Below, piece after piece: positions 27,439 through 37,587 of a stretch of 64,000 bases of DNA. The position numbers and the translations under genes were made by a program. Within the stretch, counting starts at the first letter, position 1; the number at the start of each line of letters is the position of its first letter. The notes below the pieces were generated by a model, which saw only the letters and a program-made list of their open reading frames with translations, made no database searches and was not told the origin of the DNA. Source of the DNA: a virus; IMG/VR virus record IMGVR_UViG_3300018422_000003, positions 6,090-70,089 of that record. One strand, written 5' to 3'.

Positions 27439-28500
27439 TTAAGCCTCTCCCGCGAGCGTCTCGATCTCGTTGGTGACCAGCACCTCGATCGGGCCGTCCG
27501 TGGCGTCGTAGAGTACGGTGCAATCGACCGCTACGGTCTGGACGTTATCGGCGTTTTCCTGACGCACCGAAGCGAAGCGGATGCGCGGGAAGTTGATTTC
27601 GAGCTTGTGATAGGTCGAGCCCGCAATGAGCGGTCCGACCACAGTCAGCGCCGCCGTGCCTTCGGTCTGCGCCTTTAGCTTGGTCAGCTCAGCCGAATCG
27701 GCTTTGATGCGCGCCACAAAGCGAAGCGTTACCGCCCGCTTGCCGTGTTCCATGCGGCCTCGGATCGATCCCGATCCGCCGTCGCCGGTGGTCTGGAATC
27801 CGGAGCCCGGATAGTGTCCCGAATCGGTACGGACGTTGTTCTTGATGCTGATCTCAACGGACTCGATGGTTTTGGTCCCGACGTAATCCACGCCGTTTAC
27901 CGTCAGAGTCATACCCGCCGAAGGCAGCCGGTGCTCGGCCGTGATGGCGGGCATCGTGATTCCGGAGGGTGTCGTGAACTTGCCGGTGCCGATGATATTA
28001 GCGACGATCTTCGACGCGGCGCGCGTCGGTCCGCTGGTGAGGCTGATCGTTACATCCTCAACTACGCAGCCGATCAGCGAGCGGTCGACCGGGGAGCCGC
28101 CCGAGCGGTTGATCTGCTCGACCACGGTGAACGGGACCATATCGATCTCGTCCGTGATCGGGTCGCTGAAGCCCATCGTGTGAACGAAGGAGCCCGAACC
28201 CGCTCCGGCGGCGGACTCGGATTTGCCGAGCGCGTACGCCAGCAGAATTCCGGCCGCTTCCGAGGTCAGATATTTATCGAGCTGACCGCTTACGTCCCAG
28301 GAGGTAACAAAGCTATCCTCCGCGAACTCGTGGCCTTTGCCCAGCTCGTCGGTGTCATCTTCGGTGGAGAGCGCCGGGTCGGCGAGGGACGCGTTCAACT
28401 TCTTGAAGCTGATCAAATCGCCCGCCGCGGATGCCGTCAGAAGCGCTGCCTGCGCAACTCTGCCGATCGCTACCCGCTGCTCGAATGTTTGCATTGCCAT
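27439..28500 (-). CDS. Major tail tube protein
   Basis: Synteny; beta-rich with LAYALG, GCVVEDVTI, ISIKNN motifs; GGAAGG SD. Confidence 0.8.
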   Translation of the reverse strand: MAMQTFEQRVAIGRVAQAALLTASAAGDLISFKKLNASLADPALSTEDDTDELGKGHEFAEDSFVTSWDVSGQLDKYLTSEAAGILLAYALGKSESAAGAGSGSFVHTMGFSDPITDEIDMVPFTVVEQINRSGGSPVDRSLIGCVVEDVTISLTSGPTRAASKIVANIIGTGKFTTPSGITMPAITAEHRLPSAGMTLTVNGVDYVGTKTIESVEISIKNNVRTDSGHYPGSGFQTTGDGGSGSIRGRMEHGKRAVTLRFVARIKADSAELTKLKAQTEGTAALTVVGPLIAGSTYHKLEINFPRIRFASVRQENADNVQTVAVDCTVLYDATDGPIEVLVTNEIETLAGEA

Positions 28501-28520
28501 GAGAAAAAAACCTTCCTTTT

Positions 28521-28982
28521 TTACGCGCCTGCTTCTATCAGCGGCGGCAGCGTCATTTGCCACATTTCGGTCCCCTCGGCATCGAGCAGGCGGCCGAACG
28601 TCGGAACGCCCGCCATAACGAGGTCGGGATGAATATCAGCAGTGAGAAATGGCAGCCCACCGCTGAGGTTTTCGGGTACGCCGTCGAGGATGGCCGCAAC
28701 GGCGAGGTGATACTGCTGCGGAATATCGAGGCGCAGCAGAATCGAAACTTGATGTCCGAGCCGGGTGACGTGGCCGAGCTGAGCCGACGCGATGCCGTCC
28801 CAGACGACCATCACGGCCGGGGTTGGCATGATGTTGATCGACTCGGATAAATCGCGGGCCTGCTCATCGGCGGCTTGCGCATAGATGCCGGTCTCGGCAT
28901 CCCCGCCCACCAGCTCGACCAGCTCGGGGATCGAGCGCAGCGCCTCGACCACGGCGCCGATTACCTCGGCGACGGGTGTCAT
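28521..28982 (-). CDS. Tail terminator-like protein
   Basis: Acidic ~150 aa upstream of tube; ATGA-coupled. Confidence 0.6.
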   Translation of the reverse strand: MTPVAEVIGAVVEALRSIPELVELVGGDAETGIYAQAADEQARDLSESINIMPTPAVMVVWDGIASAQLGHVTRLGHQVSILLRLDIPQQYHLAVAAILDGVPENLSGGLPFLTADIHPDLVMAGVPTFGRLLDAEGTEMWQMTLPPLIEAGA

Positions 28983-29386
28983 GAGCGGCGCATCCAAATG
29001 TGCGCCCGCCGGGTTGGCACAGCCGCCTCGCCCGGGTCGGTCCATTCGAGCGCCAGTCCGTCCAGCTCATCGTCGGCGCGCGTATCGTAATAAGCCGCCT
29101 TGTCAGCGGCGATGTTGTCGTTCCGCTGCGCCATGTCGCGGAAGATCAAAGCCAACTCGAGAAATATTGCGCAGCGCCGGAGCTGAGCCGGGCGCGTGAG
29201 CCCATCCGGATCTGTGCCGCGCCGCTCCAGCCGGGCGCCGATTTCATCCTTGGCGACCGCCCGCTTTCCGTCGTATGCCGATTGACCGCTGCCGCCGGCG
29301 ACCTTCTTGGCGGCCTCGGGCATGCGGGATTCATACGTGGTCAAATCGCTATCGGTACAAAGTGTGGCGTCAGTCCAGGCGCTCAT
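28979..29386 (-). CDS. Head-tail adaptor
   Basis: LCTDSDL start, helical, synteny after capsid. Confidence 0.65.
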   Translation of the reverse strand: MSAWTDATLCTDSDLTTYESRMPEAAKKVAGGSGQSAYDGKRAVAKDEIGARLERRGTDPDGLTRPAQLRRCAIFLELALIFRDMAQRNDNIAADKAAYYDTRADDELDGLALEWTDPGEAAVPTRRAHIWMRRS

Positions 29387-29745
29387 TTTCGTGTTGCCCC
29401 GTTGCCGCGCATTACGCGGCCGTGTTGCGGTTTGTCCGCCGTGGCTGGGGCGACGGTACCTGCCGCGGAATCAGGCGCGTTTCTCACGCCCGTATTCAGG
29501 CCGTCGCCGCCAGCATCCGGGCGGTCCTCCGATCCGGGAGGGCGGTCCTCCGAGCCGGGGCTGTCATCCTGCGGGAGAGAGTCCGTAGGAGCCGCCGCCG
29601 GGGCGGGGGATTCGAGTACGACAACTTCCGCCGGAGCGTCCGCGTGCAGCCAGCCGAGCCGCTGGCGCTGCAGCGCTTCCCACGCGGGAACGAGCTGCGC
29701 GGAAAGATCGCGGGGCGGATGCATCCAGATGAAGTCGTTGTTCAT
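29383..29745 (-). CDS. Hypothetical low-complexity protein
   Basis: ATGA-coupled to adaptor; PGSEDRP repeat. Confidence 0.55.
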   Translation of the reverse strand: MNNDFIWMHPPRDLSAQLVPAWEALQRQRLGWLHADAPAEVVVLESPAPAAAPTDSLPQDDSPGSEDRPPGSEDRPDAGGDGLNTGVRNAPDSAAGTVAPATADKPQHGRVMRGNGATRK

Positions 29746-29768
29746 TTTGTTGTGAAGGGTCCGTAACG

Positions 29769-29817
29769 TGAACAGCCCGGCCGCCCCTCCGGTTAAAGAA
29801 GGGCGGGCCGGGCGTTC
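29769..29817 (-). terminator. GC-rich stem-loop downstream of capsid gene
   Basis: TGAACAGCCCGGCCGCCC...GGGCGGGCCGGGCGTTCA; weak U-tail. Confidence 0.5.
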
Positions 29818-29936
29818 AGCGTCGCGGCGGGTGCGCGAATGGGCGGGTTGTTGGGACGCTAAAGAACGTCGCCTTTATGCGGCGAGGGCATTGCCCAAAC
29901 CCCTATCCCCCGGCTGATCCGCCGCGCAGACCGGAG

Positions 29937-31079
29937 TTATCCGAGGACGCGGATTGCTTTTCTGGGGTCGAGAGTCTTGACTCCAAATAAAGAATCAATT
30001 CTCACATAGGTTCTTAGGTCTTTCGCCTCGTACCAGACGCTTGCGCGAATGGTGATGTTGCCGATGCTTGCCGTGTACACGCTGGCGCCGGGCGCATTCG
30101 GTACCTTCAGCGGACGGGTGACGAGCGCGAAGGCGTTCTTGGCAAACGCGATGTTGACGTCGTGGCTGGCGATGATCGTCACGGACTGGGTGCTGACCAC
30201 AGCCGCGCGAAGCGCCGGGAAGATGGGCAGCGTTGCGGCCGAGGCGGAGTGAGCGGTGTCGGCGGTGACGTTGTAGCTGCACACGCCGAGGACGGCGCCG
30301 TGATCGAGGGTGATGATATCGCCCTTTTTCGCGTTCGCTGTCATGCCGGTAACCGCCAGCGTTCCGGCGACGATCGAGCCCGCGTTGAGCACCGACGCGG
30401 CTTGGTTGCTGGAGCAGGTTACCGTTCCGGCAATGCCCGTTACGTGGCGCGCCAGGCGGTTGCTGTTTGTGTAGCTCATCCCGAACTTGCGTGTGAGCTG
30501 ACCTTCGGTCTGCTGCGCCGGCGAGCCGGACACGTAGTCCTGATAGAACACTTGGTTGTATTTGTTGTGGGCCTTCGGTCCGAGCACGACGGAGCGATCC
30601 GTCTCGGCAACATTCAGGGTGTTGAATTTCTCCTGGATGTCCGTGCCGAGGGCGCTGATCGTGGCCGGGGTCGTTCCGGCGATGCCGGTGATATTGCCAA
30701 CGTCGGAGTACAGGCCGACGATTGCATCTTCATACGCGCCGCCGAGAGCTTCCGCTGCCGGTTTCGCGAAATCCGACTGCAAGTCGCGGATCGTCATCGA
30801 CGCTTCTTTGTCGCCGATCTCATAGACGACCTGCTTCCACTGGTCGAGGCGGACCTCGACGTTGTCGGCAGTCGGCTTTACGCTGACGAAGCTGTCGGGG
30901 TCAACGTTTGTCGCCACCATGGTGTGCGGCATGCGCGTGTTGACGACATCGCCAACGGACTGAACCTGCGCATCGAAATCACGATGCACCAGGCCTGCGA
31001 ACTTCAAAGTCGGAAAGAGCTGCATGAGCGTTTCTTGCGCCCATAGCTCGGGTTTGTATACGTCTAAAAGTGCTGCCAC
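29937..31079 (-). CDS. Major capsid protein, P22 coat-like
   Basis: PELWAQETL...VHRDF...GDVVN..P N-terminus; I-domain-like insertion; NIAFAKNAFALVTRPL; RIDSLFGVK. Confidence 0.9.
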   Translation of the reverse strand: MAALLDVYKPELWAQETLMQLFPTLKFAGLVHRDFDAQVQSVGDVVNTRMPHTMVATNVDPDSFVSVKPTADNVEVRLDQWKQVVYEIGDKEASMTIRDLQSDFAKPAAEALGGAYEDAIVGLYSDVGNITGIAGTTPATISALGTDIQEKFNTLNVAETDRSVVLGPKAHNKYNQVFYQDYVSGSPAQQTEGQLTRKFGMSYTNSNRLARHVTGIAGTVTCSSNQAASVLNAGSIVAGTLAVTGMTANAKKGDIITLDHGAVLGVCSYNVTADTAHSASAATLPIFPALRAAVVSTQSVTIIASHDVNIAFAKNAFALVTRPLKVPNAPGASVYTASIGNITIRASVWYEAKDLRTYVRIDSLFGVKTLDPRKAIRVLG

Positions 31080-31161
31080 GTTTGAGCCTCAGAAGGAATA
31101 AAAATCTGGTGGCCGAAAACGCGAGCCAAAGTGCGCGCGCCGAGATGTACGCTGCCCTGTG

Positions 31162-31950
31162 TTACTGGCCCGGTTTCGGACCGCGAACGTACTCCCCGCT
31201 CGTGAACTTGGCGTGATTGGCGGACACGAAATTCATGTCCTGCCACTGCTCGTAGGGGATTTCTCTCCCTACTGCGCCTGCGCCGCCGCCCGATCCTGCG
31301 CCGCCGCGAGGCGTGCCTGAGCCGGGAGCCGCCGTAGCTTTAAAAAGCTCCGGATTTGCCTTGAGGAAGTCGGTCTTTACGTAAGCCTCCAGCGGGATTT
31401 CCGCCTCGGCTCCGTACTGATCCTTGCTCTTCACGACAAACGCGCCGGCATCGTTTTTCACAACCCGGTCCGCGAGATGGATGTAGTCTCGATCCGCGTT
31501 GAGGGCTTGCTCTTTGCTCAGCGCCGCGACGACGGCGGATTTGCGCTCGGCTTTCGAGTTGTTCTCGATTGCCGTCAGCTTCTCCGCGCGCTCATCGGTG
31601 AGCTGCTTTTCGAGGGCCTTCAATCGCTTCATTGCGGGATGGTCGTCGCCGAGCTGATCGTCCTTCTTCCCGCCTTTGGTATCTGGCGGGGCGGCCGAAC
31701 GCGCCCGGAACTTCCCTTCGTCGTCCTTTTCGAGCAGGCCTACTTCGACCAGCTCATCAAGGGTCAACGCTTTGCGCTGCGAGATCTGCGTGACGGTATC
31801 GTTCAACCGTCGGATCTGCGCTGCGGTCCCGTTAAAAACATCTGCGCTAACAAACTTCGACGGATCGAAGGTTGAAGTATCAGGCTTGCCATCGCTGGCC
31901 GGGATGCCCGTTCCCGTGCCCGTGTTACCGGGTTGGTTTGTGTCGCTCAT
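31162..31950 (-). CDS. Capsid scaffolding protein
   Basis: Coiled coil, NPELFK...GSG C-terminal motif, directly upstream of capsid. Confidence 0.8.
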   Translation of the reverse strand: MSDTNQPGNTGTGTGIPASDGKPDTSTFDPSKFVSADVFNGTAAQIRRLNDTVTQISQRKALTLDELVEVGLLEKDDEGKFRARSAAPPDTKGGKKDDQLGDDHPAMKRLKALEKQLTDERAEKLTAIENNSKAERKSAVVAALSKEQALNADRDYIHLADRVVKNDAGAFVVKSKDQYGAEAEIPLEAYVKTDFLKANPELFKATAAPGSGTPRGGAGSGGGAGAVGREIPYEQWQDMNFVSANHAKFTSGEYVRGPKPGQ

Positions 31951-32057
31951 GCGGAAAAGGTTTTGCACGAAGCTGCCCGGCCGGTGGGTCCAAGGAAAAC
32001 CCACCCGCGCCGGGCGCCCGTTACTGATTGCTCTTTCGCGCGTGGCGAGAGAAAGTT

Positions 32058-35000
32058 TTATCGGAGGGCCGGAAGGTACAGCGCCGCGCGGTTGGCCGGG
32101 CAGGCGACCGTCACGAAATACGCCGTGTCCTCGATCAGATCCGCGATCGATACCGAGCGGTTGCGGCTGCCGCCGCCGTCCGATATGCGTGTCCCGCTGC
32201 CCGGATCGGACGACGTCGAATACCAGACTTGGCAGGCCGCCGCGCCAGGCATGTCGTAACGAATGGTCGCCGCCGTTGGGGCCTGCGCCGAAATGCGGTG
32301 ATTGAAAGCCACGGCAAAGGCGGTATCGAGCGCGAGGAAATCGACGCCCGCATTCCGCTTGTCGGTAGCCGCCGCGAGAGCCGGAGCGCCGGGAGCGAGC
32401 CGGAAGTTGGCCGGGTCAACGGCAGAGCCGAGGCAGACCGATCCGCACTGCATCAGCGCCGCCGCGATCCGGGCGTTGGCCGTTGTGCCGCCGCTCAGAC
32501 AGGTAAACGACCCTGCCGGAAAGCCCGTCATCGCCGTATTGCAGTCCGATTGAGTCCAGGTATAGGTGCTGCTGGTGGACGCGTAATGCGCGTCGCTGTC
32601 GGTGTTTTTGACAGTCGGGATTACCACGTTTCCCGCCGTGGTCGCGTTCTTGTTTGCGCCGGCGAACTTGACGTATTGCCCGGTGAGCGAAGGCGTTGAG
32701 CCAAAGGCCTGCCAAGCGTTCTGGCCCACGATGCCGCCGCCGTTGTCGGTCGAGGCGGTGAAGAAATTATTGGTTACGCTCAGGCCTTCCCCGGTGCCAT
32801 AGATGAAGCTCAGCCATTCGCCTTGCTTGCCCCGGAAATCAATCGTCGTATTGTGATCGATCACGACATCCTCGGTTGTGAGGTTGAGCGCAACGGTATA
32901 GCCGCACAGCCCGCCGCCGACGTCAGCGGTCGGACTCGCGTCCCAGACCCGGTTGTCGAGCGCGTACAGCAGGTTGTTTCTGAAGACAATCCGTTTGGTG
33001 GGGCCCGCGCCAACACCGTCCGCATACGTGTCCTGCCCGTTGACATGAAAGACGCTGGCGCCGTTGCGGAAGATGTTATTCCGCACCATCACGTCAACGC
33101 CTTGGTTGCCGGTGTTGGTGGACGTTCCGCGCGGGCTGACCGCGATGAAAGGTCCACACGGTGTCCAGTCCGCCCAATTGCCGTCGTATAGGTTGCCTTC
33201 GATCACGGCGCGCTGAATCTGCTTGAACTCGGTTGCGTGCCGCTTGGGATAGTAGCGGCCGTTCGATGTGCTCGATCCGGTCCGGTAGGCCGGGTCGGAG
33301 TAAAAGGTGTTGCCGCGTATGGTGATGTCGGTAACGGGCGTTGCGCTGCTGCCCTCCTGCGCGAAGATGCTAATTCCGACAAGGTTTTCAAAGCGGTTGT
33401 TCTGGAACTTGACGTAAGAGGAATTCGTGAAATCGATGCCCGTCGTCGTGTGATGGTAATAGTTGTGGAGGGAGCCTTGAATAATGCCGTTGCGTACCGC
33501 GAGCCATGCATTGAAGTCCTTCACGAGACTATCGACGATGGCGCTATTGGTATTAGTTCCGGTGATTACCATTCCCGTAAGGAACCGCGTCGGCCATCCG
33601 CTGGAGCGGACCACGGAGCGGTCGAGAATCATGCGGCTGGTGTTGGCCGCAAAGGTCAGCAGGGGCGGTTCCATGCCGGGATCGAAGGTGACCGCGCCGC
33701 CGCTGACGTATGCGCCATTTCCGGCCGCGTCGTCGAGCTGCAGCGTATTCGGTCCGAGGACGGTGAAGGTATGCGCGCCGTTGGCCGCCGTGTTCCCGAG
33801 CACGCCATCGATTGAGATCGCCTCGCGGAATCGGGCCTCCCCGCAATCGGACGCGCACGTCTGAGCGTAGTTGAGCCCGGTCTGCATCCAGCGATTCGTG
33901 AGCAGCAGTCCCGAGGTACTGGTGGCGAGGATGCCGTCGAGGCCGGTGATCGGCGTATTCCGAAACTCCATCTGTGAGCGCCGCGATCCGTCCGCGATCG
34001 CACCCCAACTGCCGGCGAAGGTGAAGGTCGCCTCCACCCGCGGTGAGGTCACGGTCGCGGTAAACGATGTGATCTCCATCCACGGTTCAACGGGCAGGCC
34101 GTGCGGAGTCTCGGTCGTGATGACGATGGGCGTTGCGTTGGTCGCGCTGGTGATCCGGTGCGCGAGCGCCTGTGTCGCTTTGCCGCCGCCCGCATAGCAG
34201 GAGCTTGTGGCGCAGGCGATTGAGGAATTCTGATAGCTGAACTCCGTCGTATTGTGTACAGCGATGGGCGCGGTCAGATTCGGCCCTCGGCCGGGGAATC
34301 CGGTCACGCCGCTTACGGTCACCATTTGGTGCGTAATGAAGCCGTGCGGCGCGCTGGTGGTCATGCGTCCCGCGTCGGTTACCGCCGTGATCGTGAACTG
34401 GCGCGGCGTGTGATTGGCGACCGATTCCGACGTGAAATCGATCCCGACGAAGCGCCAGCCTGCGGTCGTATTCGTGTTGATAAAAACGCTGTGCGCGTTG
34501 CCGTCATTGAAGTTGTGCGGCCGGATGAGCTGCGCCATATTCGGCAGATCGGCCTCGGTCACGCGCGTGCCTTCGGGCGGCAGCAGAGCATGCGCGCTGG
34601 TTCTCACCACGCAAGTGCCCGCCCCGCTCTTGGCCGGGAGCGTAACCCGCTGCGCGCAGGACAGCCCGGCTGTAATGGTGACGGTATGATTCAGCGCCGT
34701 ATCGGCCGCGCCGCAGGCCGTGAGCTGCGTCTGTAGCTGGCCGCATGAGGTAACAGCGAAGTCCGATCCGTTGATGGTGGGATAAGCCGTGTTGACTTCC
34801 GCCGGCGCGGTCGGCGGTACCGGGTGCACTTCCGGCTGAGCCTCCAAGGTGACGGTGGCAACGTCATCCGAGCACGTATACCCGGTTCCTGGCGCGTCGC
34901 ACTCCCAGGTGGATGCATTCGAGACTGGCTTGAAGTAAACGGTCGAGCCAGGAACGGCGCTGAAGGCGCACCAGCGCCGCAACTGGCTATAGGCGACGGA

Positions 35001-35186
35001 TGTGATTGTCGCGGTCGAACTTCCCAGCGCCGATGTGGCGCCATAGGCGCAGTAGGAGGCTCCGCCGGTGGCGGTGATCTCCCACTTGGCATATACCGTT
35101 CCGTGCGAGACAGAGACTACAAGATTTGAGATCGTCTGAGCGAACGATACCGTCGCCAGCAGCAGCGTGAGAAGTAAGAGTTTCAT
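32058..35186 (-). CDS. Large secreted Cys-rich beta-helix protein
   Basis: MKLLLLTLLLATVSFA-Q signal; ITxAT...TTxxPHG repeats; parallel beta-helix repeats (ITIRGNTF, VIEGNLY, VRNNIF, IDHNT); 20 Cys. Confidence 0.8.
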   Translation of the reverse strand: MKLLLLTLLLATVSFAQTISNLVVSVSHGTVYAKWEITATGGASYCAYGATSALGSSTATITSVAYSQLRRWCAFSAVPGSTVYFKPVSNASTWECDAPGTGYTCSDDVATVTLEAQPEVHPVPPTAPAEVNTAYPTINGSDFAVTSCGQLQTQLTACGAADTALNHTVTITAGLSCAQRVTLPAKSGAGTCVVRTSAHALLPPEGTRVTEADLPNMAQLIRPHNFNDGNAHSVFINTNTTAGWRFVGIDFTSESVANHTPRQFTITAVTDAGRMTTSAPHGFITHQMVTVSGVTGFPGRGPNLTAPIAVHNTTEFSYQNSSIACATSSCYAGGGKATQALAHRITSATNATPIVITTETPHGLPVEPWMEITSFTATVTSPRVEATFTFAGSWGAIADGSRRSQMEFRNTPITGLDGILATSTSGLLLTNRWMQTGLNYAQTCASDCGEARFREAISIDGVLGNTAANGAHTFTVLGPNTLQLDDAAGNGAYVSGGAVTFDPGMEPPLLTFAANTSRMILDRSVVRSSGWPTRFLTGMVITGTNTNSAIVDSLVKDFNAWLAVRNGIIQGSLHNYYHHTTTGIDFTNSSYVKFQNNRFENLVGISIFAQEGSSATPVTDITIRGNTFYSDPAYRTGSSTSNGRYYPKRHATEFKQIQRAVIEGNLYDGNWADWTPCGPFIAVSPRGTSTNTGNQGVDVMVRNNIFRNGASVFHVNGQDTYADGVGAGPTKRIVFRNNLLYALDNRVWDASPTADVGGGLCGYTVALNLTTEDVVIDHNTTIDFRGKQGEWLSFIYGTGEGLSVTNNFFTASTDNGGGIVGQNAWQAFGSTPSLTGQYVKFAGANKNATTAGNVVIPTVKNTDSDAHYASTSSTYTWTQSDCNTAMTGFPAGSFTCLSGGTTANARIAAALMQCGSVCLGSAVDPANFRLAPGAPALAAATDKRNAGVDFLALDTAFAVAFNHRISAQAPTAATIRYDMPGAAACQVWYSTSSDPGSGTRISDGGGSRNRSVSIADLIEDTAYFVTVACPANRAALYLPALR

Positions 35187-35193
35187 GGATTGG

Positions 35194-36483
35194 TTAGCGA
35201 TACGAGATGCCCGTAGCCTCAAAAGCAAAGCGCAGCAGCTTCATCGTGTGGCTGCCCGCATCGCAGGAATAGGTCTGCCATAAGAAGTACATGGAGCCGG
35301 TTGGGAGCGAGGACAACGGGACAGGCGTCGACCACGATCCGCCGTTGACGCGGTAGCGCGCGTTGATTGTGCCCGCGACCGACGATTCAAATTCGACCGT
35401 CATGATGTTGCTTAGAGCAAAGGCCGTCGCGGTTGCCGTCAGCACGGGAGTACCGGCCGTGCGGACTTCCCACTGCCATGCGGTGTCGGAGGCGGTCTCG
35501 GTGCAGGCGTTGTTGCTGATCGCTCGCAGGCCGATAAAGTTAGCGGGCGTTGTGGTGAGCACGTCCGAAAATCCGACGCGAAAGCCGTACTGCACCGTGA
35601 AGAATTCGTCGGTGCCAAAGATGAACTGAGCCCGCCAGCCTGCATGCGTGCTGAGATCTTTGATGGATACCCGCGAGGCTGAGAGCGATAGCGAAGCGCG
35701 TCCGTTGATGCCCGAGGCGGCGAGCGATACGCCTGTGCCTTCGGCCCATGCGCCGGTCGGTGTGGTGCCGTCCGATCCGCCGGCAGTCCCGCTGACCGAG
35801 GTCTTCCATCCGAGTTGACCGAAGCCGTTCACGCCGGCCGTATTCGAGCCGCCCGGGAATTCGTCAACCAGCCGAAGAATACTCGCGTCGAACGGATCAA
35901 ATTCGGCCGGTGGCGTCGGTCCTTGCGCTTCCCAGCCTGCCGCCGTGCAGATATAGAGTTTTTGTCCCGCTGAGCCGCTGCGGTATACATACACGTCGTC
36001 GTACTCGCTCGATTCATTGCAAGCGCCTGCGGCCGGGGCCGAAGTGCCGGATGGCGGCTTGAATGCGCCTGTGTAATCGTTGCGCGCGGACCATGCGTTC
36101 GGCTGGGCGAGCCAGCCTACATATCCGTCAACGAGAGAAATTTTCGGAAGGGTGGATCCGGTTGCATAGACGACTGAGATCGCGCCGTTGTCGCCGCCGA
36201 TAAATTTAACCTGCTTCCAGGCGCCGTCGATGCAGCGGTATTCGTCGGTGCCGTCGAGGATGTCCTCGGTACGGACCGCTTCTCCGGTCGCGCAGGAGCC
36301 GGGGAGCGCTGAGCTGAGCACGACCTTCCACGGAATCGAGGCGGTAGAGTTGGCGGCGCTGAAGACGGTCGTGATGTTTGAGACGTCCGTGCCCTCGCCG
36401 CCGCCGGTGGACGGGGGAGGGAAGGACTGAGCCGCCGCGCTGAGCGCGAGCAGAAAGAGAGAGAGGGTCTGTTTAGAATTCAT
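35194..36483 (-). CDS. Secreted fibre/lectin-like protein
   Basis: MNSKQTLSLFLLALSAAA-Q signal; two P-x2-C...Y-x-C...W modules; C-terminal beta-sandwich; 6 Cys. Confidence 0.75.
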   Translation of the reverse strand: MNSKQTLSLFLLALSAAAQSFPPPSTGGGEGTDVSNITTVFSAANSTASIPWKVVLSSALPGSCATGEAVRTEDILDGTDEYRCIDGAWKQVKFIGGDNGAISVVYATGSTLPKISLVDGYVGWLAQPNAWSARNDYTGAFKPPSGTSAPAAGACNESSEYDDVYVYRSGSAGQKLYICTAAGWEAQGPTPPAEFDPFDASILRLVDEFPGGSNTAGVNGFGQLGWKTSVSGTAGGSDGTTPTGAWAEGTGVSLAASGINGRASLSLSASRVSIKDLSTHAGWRAQFIFGTDEFFTVQYGFRVGFSDVLTTTPANFIGLRAISNNACTETASDTAWQWEVRTAGTPVLTATATAFALSNIMTVEFESSVAGTINARYRVNGGSWSTPVPLSSLPTGSMYFLWQTYSCDAGSHTMKLLRFAFEATGISYR

Positions 36484-36904
36484 CGGTCCAGCCCTTCACG
36501 CGCGCCACCAGCGTGCCGCTCGATGAGCTGACATAGAGGCCGTCTTTGAATTCCCCGCCGCCGTCCGCCATCGGGACAACGTAGAAGCTGTTCGCCGCGA
36601 TCGTTACGTCCTTGGCCAGCCCGTAGGAAGCGCCGTCGCCGTCCTGGATCGTGAACGTGGCGGCCGAAGCGGTCAGGTTGGAAATGATAAACGTCTTGAC
36701 GTGGATCGTCTTCACGGCGAGGGCCGTGAGCGATACAGGCATCAGAACTTTAGCCTGGATGTTGCGCCCGCTGAAGGGAGCTTGATTGGGCGGCGCGTTG
36801 CGGATGTCAGCCTGCGCGCTCGCCGGAAGAATCGTGAGGGTCAGCAGCGCCACAAGCGTTGCGGCCCGGGAAAGGGTCTGCACGCCGGGTATTTCGCGCG
36901 TCAC
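36473..36904 (-). CDS. Small secreted beta-sandwich protein
   Basis: LVALLTLTILPASA-Q signal; IISNLTASAATFTIQD...GLYVSS. Confidence 0.7.
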   Translation of the reverse strand: MTREIPGVQTLSRAATLVALLTLTILPASAQADIRNAPPNQAPFSGRNIQAKVLMPVSLTALAVKTIHVKTFIISNLTASAATFTIQDGDGASYGLAKDVTIAANSFYVVPMADGGGEFKDGLYVSSSSGTLVARVKGWTDEF

Positions 36905-36915
36905 CGAGGGACGGT

Positions 36916-37569
36916 TTAGCTTGCCAGATCTTTGACCAGACTCGAGACGATCTCTTTGACCTTGGCGAGCACGACGGCGCGGTTGGCCGGGCTGAGCCCG
37001 TACCAGGGGTCGATCCGCTGATTCCCCTTTGCTTTCTTGTGCTCTTCCTCGCGCCGGAAGCCGATATGGACGCTCGACGGGTTTTGGCTGACGATCCCGA
37101 TACTGTTGAGCATCCGGCCGCTTTCCTCAAGATCCCGGTAGCCGGGCTTGCCCTTGGCGCGCTTATACTCCGAGCGATTGTTATAACGTACGCTCTTCTT
37201 GGAGTTGGTGATCTTCGCCTTCACCGCGTCAGGCTTGGCGACCGCGCCCGCCGCCTTTTGCTCCTTGCCCTTGTGATGAAAGGTGGCCAGTCCCGCGCGC
37301 TTGATTTTGAGGATGTCTGAGGCGGTCAGGACCTCGCGGCCTCGCAGGTTTGTCTTGGTGCGGCCCTTTCCGGTCAGCGGTATATAGACCGGGCTGGCCG
37401 AGTACGGCTTGGCGGATTGATCGAGCAGGTTTCGCCCGGCTCGCGCGCGGGCGGTGATCTCATGCACCGCCACGCCCGCGAGATAGGTGATGTTGGAAGG
37501 CGCAAGAACCGGGGCCTTGAACCGGAGCAGCTTATCGGCATACATGAAAACGGAGGTGCCGTAAGCCAT
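36916..37569 (-). CDS. Virion morphogenesis protein (Mu gpG/HK97 gp10-like)
   Basis: Basic; LEESGRMLNSI...KAKGNQ...PWYGLS; AGGAG SD. Confidence 0.7.
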   Translation of the reverse strand: MAYGTSVFMYADKLLRFKAPVLAPSNITYLAGVAVHEITARARAGRNLLDQSAKPYSASPVYIPLTGKGRTKTNLRGREVLTASDILKIKRAGLATFHHKGKEQKAAGAVAKPDAVKAKITNSKKSVRYNNRSEYKRAKGKPGYRDLEESGRMLNSIGIVSQNPSSVHIGFRREEEHKKAKGNQRIDPWYGLSPANRAVVLAKVKEIVSSLVKDLAS

Positions 37570-37587
37570 CTGGTGCAGGCTCCTTTT

